A stretch of 64,000 nt of DNA from contig OX597821.1 in the NCBI GenBank assembly GCA_951406725.2, forward strand, positions 51,150,001 to 51,214,000. Reading direction: 5' to 3'. The translations under genes and the position numbers were made by a program. The stretch is from Octopus vulgaris (Eukaryota). The notes under the pieces are model-generated. The model saw nothing but the letters and a program-made list of their open reading frames with translations. It did no database searches and was not told where the DNA came from. Positions 42,956-55,049 of this stretch are shown piece by piece. Positions within the stretch are counted from its first letter, which is position 1; each line of letters begins with the position of its first letter.

Positions 42956-43201
42956 GGAGGCGCGTGGCTTAGAGGTTAGGGTGTTGAACTCATAATCGTA
43001 AGGTTGTAGTTTCGATTCCTTGACCGGGTGATGCGTTGTGTTCTTGAGCAAAACACCTTATTTCACGTTGCTCCAATCCACTCAGCCGGCAAAAATGAGT
43101 AATCCTGCGACGGACCGCCGTCCCGTCCAGGTGGGGAATTTCTACGCCACTGAAACCGGGAAACCGGCCCTTATGAGCCTGGCATGGCTCGAGAAGGAAC
43201 A
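42956..43201 (+). mobile_element. tRNA-derived SINE family D nested in a family B 3' half (~42920-43400)
   Basis: GGAGGCGCGTGGCTTAG head, GTTTCGATTCC B-box, core TTCTTGAGCAAAACAC...CCACTCAGC, tail shared with family C; TCACCG repeated on both sides; family B sequence resumes after 43212. Confidence 0.88.
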
Positions 43202-43960
43202 TTTTGTACCTCATCACCGCTTCACACTCGGTGTTGTATTTGCGTCCCTGTAACCTTGTGGACTAAGAGACCGATTGAATAAGTTCCAGGCTTTAAACAA
43301 ATAAATAATTACTGGGGTTGATTCATTCGATTAAAAATTCAAGGCAGCGTCCCGGCATGGCTGCAGTCTAATGGCGGAGGTATGTAAAAAAGAAAAACGA
43401 GACGTATATGTGTGTTTGTGTTCGTGTGTGCTTGTATCAACTGAGAAAGAGAGAGAGAGAGAAACAGTGACACACAGAGGAAGAGAGTGACAGTGTGTGA
43501 GAGAAATAGGATGTGAGAGAGAGAGAGAGAGATTAAGAAAGAAATGGATATTGACAAGAAGCTGTAGATACATATAGAGACATAGTCATATAATAACAAG
43601 ATTGTGTATGAAATAAAAGGTGGCTTTGTACATTTGGTGAATCTTAGATGGGAATTGAAGAAGAATGTTATGTAAACTGGTTTTGAAATATTGAAATTTG
43701 TGTCAGTGTCAGAGTTCATATAATAGACTGCAGATTATTAGTAAGGCTACAGTTGTGATGATAAGACTGCTGTTAATTGTTGTGTGTTACGGTATCTCAT
43801 TGGAGTATGAAAGTGTTTGGTGGTGATTCGTGTTAATGTCACTGGTGATCATGATGCTGATGATGGCGATGATGAAATGTTGTTTCTTTAGTATCATGCT
43901 CGTGTATACTCATGGTTAGAAGCATCTTCCCTTTTCTTTTTTCCAGCCTAAGTAAAGCTT

Positions 43961-44264
43961 TCAAACAGGTTACAACGATGAGGGTTCCACTTGATCCAAT
44001 TAAGTGAAATTAACGTGCAAGTAGCTGAGCGCTCCACACACACGTACACTCTAAACATAATTCACAGGCAGATTCAGCGCGACACAGAATGTGACAAGGC
44101 TGGCCCTTCGAATTACAGGTACAACTCATATTTGCCAACTGAGCGGAATGGAGCAAAATGAAATACATTGTCTTGCTCAAGGTCACAACGCGCCGCCGGA
44201 TATCGAACTCACGACCTTACGACCGTGAGTCGAATATTCTAAGCACGTAACCACGTACCTTCAC
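43961..44264 (-). mobile_element. tRNA-derived SINE family F with 11-bp TSD
   Basis: Minus-strand head with GAGTTCGATATCC B-box, core similar to families D/E, distinct tail; TSD AAGTAAAGCTT at 43950-43960 and 44265-44275. Confidence 0.85.
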
Positions 44265-44772
44265 AAGTAAAGCTTATTATGTTTCTTTTCGCAATGAATT
44301 TTATCGTTAAGAAAGTAAGTGTAGGTAGGGTGCCGGTAAATTATAAAGCTATTGCTGGGAATTTCGTAAGCATGAGAGGGTCATCTAATGAATCAGGTGC
44401 TCATTCATTTGAATACTTACAGGTTGATGCTATGCTTAGTTTCTGTTGACTCTGATTTTTCCGAACCTATTTTTACGAGATGACCAGTTAAAACTAGCTC
44501 AGGAGAAATGCACGCTTGTAGCGACAACTGGAGGTAACGTAATTTTTCTTGATAAGGAATACTGCATAACTTACACCGGCTATGCATTACCTTTGAGACA
44601 CCGAATTTGAATTTATGCACGTTATTGAGTTTAAAAGGGTTTTTGTTAATGGTTTCATAGTGTGAATTATAGTGTGAAAATTATGTTACTGGTCTATAAG
44701 CTTTCAAGTATTATGGAACAGTGAAGAAGAGTTTGTGCTGTTTCTGAACTTTAATTAGGGTTGATAACGTCT

Positions 44773-45150
44773 TTTGGAAACATTAGAACCAACATTGTGC
44801 TTGTGTTTGTCCTTCACCGTGGAGGCGCGTGGCTTAGAGGTTAGGGTGTTGAACTCATAATCGTAAGGTTGTGGTTTCGATTCCTTGACCACGTGATGCG
44901 TTGTGTTCTTGAGCAAAACACCTTATTTCACGTTGCTCCAGTCCACTCAGCAGGATTACTCATTTTTGCCGGCTGAGTGGACTGGAGCAACGTGAAATAA
45001 GGTGTTTTGCTCAAGAACACAACGCATCACGTGGTCAAGGAATCGAAACCACAACCTTACGATTATGAGTTCAACACCCTAACCTCTAAGCCACGCGCCT
45101 CCACGGTGAAGGACAAACACAAGCACAATGTTGGTTCTAATGTTTCCAAA
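44773..45150. repeat. Perfect inverted repeat, 179-bp arms with 20-bp spacer, containing SINE D 5' halves
   Basis: 44773-44951 is the exact reverse complement of 44972-45150 as read by eye. Confidence 0.95.
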
Positions 45151-46773
45151 CAAGCACTTGGTTCTCCCAGGTGCTTTACGGAGTAAGTGCAATTCTTTAT
45201 ACTCCCACTTAATTAAGAAATAATCTCATCAGGGGGCGTGTGGTTCAATATTGGTATATACAGATGGGCTGTTAGGAAGTGGATAGTGCTGTTATATTTT
45301 TTTTGGTTATGCCACGTAATGCTGTAAGCGATTTTATCTAAATAAGAACAACTAAGTTTGATATTACGTGAGGGGAATAGTTTATGTAAGAAATATTCTA
45401 TCTCTCTCAGGTACCACTTCGCAACCACACAGATAGCAGAAGCCTTTCAACTTATACATTGTTAAGGTTATATATGATTTCTTAGATTACATCACTTCCA
45501 GCATTACCTGATGCAACCGACACGTTAGATCGTCATCAGCATCCACTAGAATTCCAACAGCAGTTGCCAAAATTAACAGCCTGCTAATAAACTGATTTTC
45601 TAAATCTGTGATATATAGAGTTGATGTAAGAGGAAGTCTAAAGCCTTTACCAAGAAACACTATAATCAAATTGAAATTCTTTTAGATCTTGTGAGTTGGA
45701 CACCATATCTTAGCCACGTTTTATTTCGAAACCTAAAGAGAAAAAGCATAGCTACCGCCAATAATCGAATGCGTAAATGCGTTGCACATGATATTAAAAG
45801 CTAATCTTTAATTCTCCACACAGGCAGTATGCATCCAGAATGTGTTTCAAGCTTGCAAATCGCCCTAAAATATATCGAGGATTAAATCTCTTTGGAACGA
45901 AAGTTGATCTCAGCAGAACTGATTCCTCTTAAACCTAGAAGCGCCTTACGCGTTATTAGCACTTTGTAGGTTCCAGCAATTATTTTCAAGTGGCTCATTT
46001 AACGGATAGCAACCTAACCAGTAACCAATAAGTATTCCTCTTCCAAATGTTAACGCTTACTGCAGGAGTCTAATCGATTACATACTTGCTCAAGTGCCTA
46101 CGAAGCTGTGTAGTGTCCGTATAATTCACCAGATGCCCACCTACGAAGTATGCAAAGTGTACCGGGTGCATTTTTTTCGATCTGTATTCATATACATGCA
46201 TACACATACATACATACATAGTGCATAAATACATACATACATACATACATACATACATACATACATACATACATACATACATACATGTTTATATGTTTAT
46301 CATTAACCTTTCTAAAGCCATCACAGAAAGAAGTGTTTTTTCTATTATGTCAATGAAAGCTTCCTGCCAGCATATAAAATACCATTGTATTTCTGGGAAA
46401 TCCAGTCAGACGATCTGGCAGCGAATATAATCAGTAGCACTGACAATGACGTTCATATTGTTGATGATCTACTGAATATCATCAGCAGCAAGCTTAACAT
46501 TATAATGATGACGATGTTGATGAAAGCGATGTCGACGACGACTAAATTCCTGACTGACGACAAAGACGACGACGCTGCCAATGATGATGGTAGCGGTGGT
46601 AGTCGTGGTGATGACGTTTGATGGTAATACATTCCGGACGTTATATAATCGTGTGGGTGAAAGTCAAAATAAACATTGAAATACATTTTGAAATGAAGAG
46701 AAACATTAAATAAATGAGTCTGATATGTTTGATATTTTTTAAACGAATACAGTCGTTCGTTAAAAATTAGTCG

Positions 46774-46817
<44 letters not shown>

Positions 46818-46820
<3 letters not shown>

Positions 46821-47151
46821 GGCGCATGGCTCAGTGGTTAGAGCGTCGAGCTTACGACTATGAGGTTGTGAGTTCCAATCGCGGACCGGACTGCATGGTG
46901 TGTTCTTGGGTAAGACATTTTATTTCACATTGCTCTAGTTCACTCAGCTGTAGAAAAGAGTTCCGACATCACAGGTGCCAAGCTGTATTGGCCTTTGCCT
47001 TTCCCTTGGATAACGCTGGTGGCGCGGAGAGGAGAGACCGGTATGCATGGGTGACTGCTGGTCTTCCATAAACAAACTTGCCCGGACTTGTGCGTAGGAG
47101 GGTAACTTTCTAGGTGCAATCCCATGGTCATTCGTGATTGAAGATGGTCTC
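46818..47151 (+). mobile_element. tRNA-derived SINE family E
   Basis: TGGCTCAGTGGTTAGAGC A-box, GAGTTCCAATC B-box-like, core shared with D/F, unique tail GAGGGTAACTTTCTAGGTGCAATCCCATGG. Confidence 0.88.
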
Positions 47152-47153
47152 CG

Positions 47154-47245
<92 letters not shown>

Positions 47246-47246
<1 letters not shown>

Positions 47247-47942
47247 AGTGGTGGCTCGTAGACAGAATTAATTGGGGTGCTGCTTCAGAAAATTTCGAGC
47301 TGTTGTTTTAATATTGTGTAAAAGGAACCAAACGTATAAAAATATAATTTATTCATAAATTTGATTGGTTCGCGTTTTATCCACTGCCGGGTAGTGAATT
47401 TAATTTGTTCAGTGAACACCGCCGTGAATTTGCCCTTGTTTTTCAGAAATCCCCCCTAAATCACAAAATAAGGTGGGGGATGTGCCCTATTTTCCAAAAC
47501 CTGGCAGAAACACTGAAGCTGGAAGCAGGATACTAATCTAATTCTACACTTTATCACATTTATGAATATAAACGCGTTTATAAGCACAACACCCACAGAG
47601 TCAAAAGGAAGCACTACCATTCATCAGCGCTACATGAACGACACTGCTGTCTCTCCCTAGCGTGAAGCATCCTATCTCGGATAACAGCCGAACACCACGT
47701 CGCTAGAACTGTGACGCGCACAGTTCTATAGAAGGATTTTTGCAAATTTTCAGAAACTAGGGGTTGGCTACTGACATTAAGCTTAAGGATTATATAATGT
47801 ACAAGTATAAAGAATGAATTAAAGGGAAAAGGACACATCATATTGAATGTTATCGATATAATTTGATTATAATGCTAAGCTTGCTGACGATGGAAATAGG
47901 GGGTGCTGCAGTTCCGCAGTGCTTATATATGAGCCGCCACTG
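47246..47942. mobile_element. Non-autonomous hAT-like DNA transposon inserted in (GT)n
   Basis: TIRs CAGTGGTGGCTC / GAGCCGCCACTG; GGGGTGCTGC near both ends; GTGTGTGT on both sides is compatible with an 8-bp TSD but not diagnostic inside a microsatellite. Confidence 0.8.
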
Positions 47943-47971
47943 GTGTGTGTGCGCGTGTGTATACTGTTGGT

Positions 47972-48205
47972 ATTCTTTTATTGTTTTATGTGTTTCGACC
48001 CAGAGAGTGTGGCTGTGCTGGGGCACCTCTAAGGGTATCACCTTTTTGATGTCCATATATTTCTGATTGTCTTTTGAAGAAGCGGAGATTTCGGTACTGC
48101 TGCTCTCTTCTTGAGTTTCTTGCTGTGATATAGGTTCATCTGGGGACTTGGACAGCAAACAGTAAAATTCTTTCTCGAGAACATCTACTCCTACTTTATA
48201 TTTTG
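47972..48205 (-). mobile_element. 3' end of a CR1/L2-like LINE, decayed
   Basis: Minus translation VGVDV....LLSK.PDEP...QE resembles the F...LD..L...PDEP ORF2 terminus; tail GGTGCCCCAGCACAGCCACAC...GGTCGAAACAC followed by TAAAA-type repeats. Confidence 0.6.
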
Positions 48206-48223
48206 GCATGTATGTATGTGCAT

Positions 48224-48457
<234 letters not shown>

Positions 48458-48521
48458 CTTTTCTACTCTAGGCACAAGAACCGAAATTTGGTCTTCCTCT
48501 CTCTTTTCTCTCTCTCTCTCA

Positions 48522-48573
<52 letters not shown>

Positions 48574-48802
48574 CTATATCTATAATTAGATAAATACACA
48601 CACACACACGTATAAATGTATACATATATATATATATATATATATATAAAATAATAGTAATCGCCATACTAATATGGCATTCTTATAAAAATAAGAAAAA
48701 AGCTGTCCGCTTATTAGCTCCATGAAGCCATCGCCTTAAGTTAGCTATTTGATACACAAACTGTATCCATATAACCTTCGAACAAGGGAGGTCAGTCGCT
48801 CC

Positions 48803-48880
48803 ACACTACTTGACCGGCAGCTACAGACGCGTTTCGGAGTATTGCCCCTTTTCAATGCAGCGTAGCCAGCCAGTAGGTGT
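48803..48880 (-). ncRNA. Type I hammerhead ribozyme (U3-A8 variant) with extended stem I
   Basis: Core 48861->48820: GCUGCA UUGAAAA GGGG-CAAUA-CUCC GAAA CGCG UC^ UGUAGC; stem I extends through GGCUGGC/GCCGGUC and CUACU/AGUAG; predicted cut between 48826 and 48825. Confidence 0.85.
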
Positions 48881-49181
48881 CGCTTCCGACAATCTCTGTT
48901 CGATGGTTTTATTTACCTAGTTTCGGTGGAATACATCCACTTGTTTTCAATAATAGAAATATTAAAATAACTAAGTCTCTCTAAAAGAGAACAGCGGCAG
49001 CGTTCCCGGAAAATAATAGTAATCGCCATACTAATATGGCATTCTTATAAAAATAAGAAAAAAGCTGTCCGCTTATTAGCTCCATGAGGCCATCGCCTTA
49101 AGTTAGCTATTTGATACACAAACTGTATCCATATAACCTTCGAACAAGGGAGGTCAGTCGCTCCACACTACTTGACCGGCA

Positions 49182-49223
49182 GCTACAGACGCGTTTCGGA
49201 GTATTGCCCCTTTTCAATGCAGC
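49182..49223 (-). ncRNA. Type I hammerhead ribozyme, second copy
   Basis: Identical 42-nt core 362 bp away; predicted cut between 49188 and 49187; the distal 5' arm of stem I is lost at the inversion junction. Confidence 0.82.
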
Positions 49224-49338
49224 GGACAGCTTTTTTCTTATTTTTATAAGAATGCCATATTAGTATGGCGATTACTATTATTTTCCGGGAACGCTGCCGC
49301 TGTTCTCTTTTAGAGAGACTTAGTTATTTTAATATTTC

Positions 49339-49375
<37 letters not shown>

Positions 49376-49825
49376 TTTGTTTGTATATACACATATGTGT
49401 GTGTGTGTGTAAGCAGGAGGTATATGCAATACGAAAGGGCTTCGCATGCGTTACACTGGTAAAATTAGATTAAAGAAATTCTGTTTCATCTTTTCCCTTC
49501 ACTCTTTATGCACAGTCACGTGTATTTATAAATAATTAACTCCAATATTTTACTTGCCGTTATCGATTTGTATAATTGAAACATTTATAATTTTACTCTT
49601 CTGATATGCAATTCCACATTGGGTTGGATCTCCCGGAAACAGGATTATTATCTCTATATGTAGAGTGCGTGTGCATCTTGAATTTAAGCTGTTTCTACTG
49701 CGACGTGACCCAACTATGCAGACTGACATACTTTTATAAAGAATATGTATTTTACTTCGTATATGCTATGTTTCTCCTGATAAAACATGAGTATCAGAAT
49801 TATGCTTAAACATATTTTGCTTTGT

Positions 49826-50047
49826 TCTTTTTTACTCTTTTACCTGATTCAGTCACTTGACTGTGACCATGCTGGAGAACCGCCTATAGTCGAGCAAATC
49901 GACCCCAGGACTTATTCTTTGTAAGCCTAATACTTATTCTATCAGTCTCTTTTGCCCAACCGCTAAGTTATGGGGACGCAAACACATCATTATCGGTTGT
50001 CAAGCGATGTTGGGGGGACAAACACAAACACAGAAACACATACGCAC

Positions 50048-50080
<33 letters not shown>

Positions 50081-50245
50081 TGCGACGGGCTTCTTTCAGT
50101 TTCCGTCTACCAAATCCACTCACAAGGCTTTGGTCGTCTCGAGGTTATAGTAGAAGACACTTGCCCAAGGTGCCACGCAGTGGGACTGAACCCGGAACCA
50201 TGTGTTTGGTAAGCAAGCTACTTACCACACAGCCACTCCTACGCC
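49826..50245 (-). mobile_element. SINE family B, full length
   Basis: Reverse complement of the family at 34748 and 39717, including the internal (TA)n. Confidence 0.9.
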
Positions 50246-50283
50246 TATGTATATAACTCCTTGATGTTTACGGTTATGAAAAT

Positions 50284-50465
50284 AGGAGCAGGCTTAGCGT
50301 TGAAGTGAGAAGCTTTCTTCCCAATGATACAATTTTAGGTTCAGAAACACGTGTCGGCACTTCAGGCAAGGTTCTTCTAATATACGAGCAAAGCCTTGTG
50401 AAAGGATTTGCTAGACGTAAACTAAAACAAAACCATCAAATACACACACGCGCATATAGACACAT

Positions 50466-50516
<51 letters not shown>

Positions 50517-50745
50517 TGTGTGTCTTTGTGTTTGTGTCTATCTTCACCGCTAGACATTTGTTTTTGTTTGTTTTCACATTACCATACCTTAGGGATCGGC
50601 AAAAGAGCCCGATAAAATAGGGATGTGCCAGGCTTTAAAAGAAGGATAAGTTTTAGGGGAGATTTTTTTTCAACTAAATCCTTTCTAAGCAGTGCCCCAA
50701 CATAACTGCATTTAATGAACAACAAGTAAACGAAAAAAGAAAAGA
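50284..50745 (+). mobile_element. SINE family B, old degenerate copy
   Basis: GGCACTTCAGGCAAGGTTCTTCTA...AAAGCCTTGTG..GGATTTG.TAGACG.AAACT...GCAGTGCCCCAACAT. Confidence 0.7.
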
Positions 50746-50862
50746 TAGAAGAATTAATATATAAATAAGTAAAGTTATATATACATATGTCTGTGTGCTT
50801 ACTGTATAAATATATATATGCTAGTGTATTTTGTATACGTGTATATATGTATATATATAAAT

Positions 50863-50906
<44 letters not shown>

Positions 50907-52392
50907 GTACAGATATACACATATATGTATACATATATACATATATTTTATACGTATGCATGTATATATTATATATTGTATTATATATATATATATATGT
51001 ATATATATTGTATCATATTATAGTATATATGCATAGCTATATAAATTATATATATATAGATATATACATACATATATGTATATATACATTTCAATATATA
51101 TGTATACATATAAATATATATATATATATGTACATGCATGCGTATGAATATATATGCACACACACATACACACAAACACACACACATACACACAAACACA
51201 CACACACACATACACAAAAAGGCACACACACATATATAAGACAAAAGATAAATTTTGTTTCTTTGAATGGAAACAAAAATGGTTTATAGGACAGCAAAAT
51301 AAAGACATGCTCAAATGAAATTGAGACAAGAGACTAAAAAACTTTCATTTTGGTTACCTATTTAGTAATTCATTATCTAATTAGTAATTCACTTTGATTA
51401 CCTATTTTTGTTGATTTGTATATACCGTTTCTTGACAGGCCTTTGTATATATTTTGTATTTTATATGTTCATATATATTGTTGTACCTACAGTGCGTTTA
51501 TATATGTATTCCTTTTATATGTTGAAAGCTATGGTAATGTTTATATATCAAGAAATGTATGGGAGCTTGGTGTTATATAAAGTCGTTGGCCCGATTTGAT
51601 GTTAGTTCTCTAATCAATGTTTATATATATATATATTGTCAAATAAACTTTACTCTAAAGTATTGTTGCTGCATATTTCTCGTTCAGAGATCTAGAACTA
51701 ACAGCTTATATATATATATATATAACTAGATTATGAGGTGAAAGAATATGTGTGCCTATATGCCTCTATCACTAGGTGTACTTCTGGGATACACATATTT
51801 CAGGTTATAATTCCTATGCTAAAATCATCAGCCAATCATTCACGTGTATTTGGAGATTGTTTCAGATCATATTTTCATTTCTAACATTATTGAGATTTTT
51901 ATCGCTTTTTATCTCAATGCGTCAAAAATTATTTCGATTTGCACTAATATAGATGTTTAACAACATGTTCTGGCTGAGGAAAATAGGCTTTTGACTCACT
52001 GACATTTCCCAATAAAGGGAAGATATAAGGAAAAGATAGGGAAACATTTCGATCGAATTATTCCGAGGAAGTGATCATCTAGCAACGTATTTTATTGTTA
52101 TCAGACATAATAAATATATTCATTTAAACATTATTCATGCTGTCTGCATCCATTGGTGTACAGTTAAAAAGATCGTCTGACTGGATTCGATACTATTGAG
52201 GAACTGTGTTCTAATATAGGCAAGGATTGATAAATATGTATGAGGGACAATTGATAGTCGAAACTGTATAGTCGAAGCCCGTCGTATGTGTGTGTCCTCA
52301 TGCATGTAAGTTCACACACACATACACACAAACACACACATACGCATATGTATTTGCTGTGTATATATACATATATTTATACATACAGACAA

Positions 52393-52491
<99 letters not shown>

Positions 52492-52526
52492 GTATATATA
52501 CCCATACATACATACATATGCCTGTA

Positions 52527-52618
<92 letters not shown>

Positions 52619-53985
52619 CACACACACACATATGCTTCAAGTACATTTCCAACTCCGTCTGTCCCATCTTTTTGGGGTCTTAGTGTATCATATGGAGTTA
52701 AATTAGTCAGCGACTGCTACATTTCAGATAACAGAATAGTATGATTTACGGAACATATGCTTGCTAATTCTAGCAAGTCACGTGTCCACGTTGAGATTTT
52801 ATTCACGAAGCTGTTACCTTTATATATTAAACACTTTCTTCAGTTTCAATGTAGTGTTCCGTATTTGAGTATTTATGTTTACTAGTTTTTATATCTTATC
52901 TCATGATACACCTTCCAAATGTTTCAATTACGGTTGTATATTTATAATCGTTTATTTAAAAGTTCATCGACATGTCTTTCACGTATGCAAGGATTCTTTA
53001 AAATAATATGTCTTTAATAATTCTTGACAGCATGTATTGAACAAAGATTAGCAGACTGCGCAATGGTAGCAAAATAACGATGAATAATAACGGAACTTAC
53101 AGTATAATTACAAGAAAGCTTTCGGTATTTCTTTTCAAATACCCGGAAATTGCTGTTGCTAAATATGTATAATTCACCTAGATTCATCTCAATCTATGCA
53201 AACCAGCAAAAACACAAATAAATACCAAAGAATGTACAATCTCACTTTATTTCGAGAATATTTCTTCTCCACAACACTGGAGTTTTCCTAAATATCATCC
53301 TGGCACAAAAGTCTTGTTTTAGAGGTAATTTGCCCTCAGGAAGATTTATCAATCACAACTTACTTCAAGGTCCAGACATTATCCATTTATAATTTCAGTA
53401 TCAGCCTCATAGTTTGCATTTCGTTAAGCAATGATCACATTGGTTTCTACCTGTATGACGTAAGTCCCCTGTAATTCTATGTCACGCATATTCATATGTA
53501 ATCGGGTAACGTCCTATGTATACATACAAGAAATTATATACATCAACGAAGTCTCACTGATTTCCTGTCGTCACAGTTTTACACCGTCATGGTTTGTTTC
53601 ACCTAGAGGCAATGATAAAATAAGATTGGCCGCAGAGCTACATTGTGGAAATTCGCCTAGAGCCAAATGGTGAGTTGTCGTTCATGACATTCAGGCTACC
53701 AGTTATCACATAAGTTCTATACTCTTGTACGTCCTTCTTATTACTGTTTTTTTTTTAATCGTCAGGGAGCTTCTAGAAATTGCGGCTGAATCGTTTTTGA
53801 TTGTATCTCTGCTATTTAAGTACTGACACAGAACTATATAACAACGGAGGCAACAGCAATAACAACAACAACACAGCTGATATAGCATGTAAATTTATTA
53901 AACTACAGGAAGATATTAATCGTGGAATAAAAATCAGTGCAGGTGAGAGGGTGTTGGGAGTGGGAGAAGGTAAGGATTCAATGAA

Positions 53986-54020
<35 letters not shown>

Positions 54021-54799
54021 GAGAGAGAGGATATGAGTAGAAGTGGGTGCTTGTATTATTTATTGAACAGAACCTTGTCACAAAAATGTGTTTTTGCCTG
54101 AAGCAAGAACGTAAACACACCTGGCCATTTTACATTCCTTGTAGAGGAGACAAGGACTGTTTGTTGGTGGATATTTTGATGGTCTGAATATCACAAACAA
54201 ATCTCTGAAACGTCGGCACTACTGAGCGGTGATTTGGGCCGGTCTCTTCTACAATTGTCCGACAGTAACATATATGATGTCATTTTAGGAAGATGAAGAC
54301 GGCGCAGAAAACTGGCAGATATAACTGTTCCTAAGATGCTTACACACAACTATCCGGTATTGAGATCATTCATTGCAGCTACAACCATTCGAGGGAAGCT
54401 CCTTACATGGGTAGGCGTTCTTCATTCCTTGAAGAATGACTTTTAGTTGCTGGAGCCCATGGGTTTTAGGTACCTCCACCGTATACTCAGTAGTCTAGGG
54501 GCCATAAAATGGACATCAGAAGTATCCGCTCTCCTCAGTTATCCAGAATTACGAAAAGGACATGGACGGAACAATACACTGCATCTCTTTCCACCTCTTT
54601 CCACCAAGAGAACCACGTTCACTGTTTTAGTGCAAGAATGTTGTCAGCAAAACTGCTTACAAATTGTTTTGAAAACTGTTTCAAACCTTCACGAATGAGA
54701 TTTCTAATCATTACTGTTTAACACATAAATTCATATAAATATTAAAATAAAATATAAAAGTTAACACTAGCGGTCTATTTATTGGAAATGTGCTTATTA

Positions 54800-54978
54800 T
54801 CGAATCGTTAGCAAGCGGGCAAATCTTAGCAACATTTCTTTCGGGTTTACGTTCTAAATTCAAATGTCGAGGTCGACTTTGCATTTCATCCTTTCGGGGT
54901 CGATGAAATAATTACTAGCTGAGGAATAATGTCGACCTAATCGACTAGTCCCTCACCTCAAATTCGAAATTGTAAAAT

Positions 54979-55047
<69 letters not shown>
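54800..55047 (+). mobile_element. SINE family A (degenerate) ending in an expanded (ATT)n tail
   Basis: GAGGTCGACTTTGCATTTCATCCTTTCGGGGTCGAT core; (ATT)n at 54980-55047. Confidence 0.8.

Positions 55048-55049
<2 letters not shown>

Larger units (their letters stand above)
48648..49343 (-). mobile_element. Hammerhead-bearing non-coding retroelement (retrozyme or Penelope pLTR-like): 362-bp unit in partial tandem plus a 123-bp inverted segment
   Basis: 48648-48862 matches 49010-49224 (one mismatch seen); 49221-49343 is the reverse complement of 48951-49073; (TA)n on both flanks; two hammerheads. Confidence 0.85.

Noticed and set aside
54100-54700. GC-richer unique stretch as a possible host exon (similar stretches at 11780-12170 and 24590-24780)
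   Set aside because: No recognisable protein motif or supportable splice structure; RNA-seq would be needed
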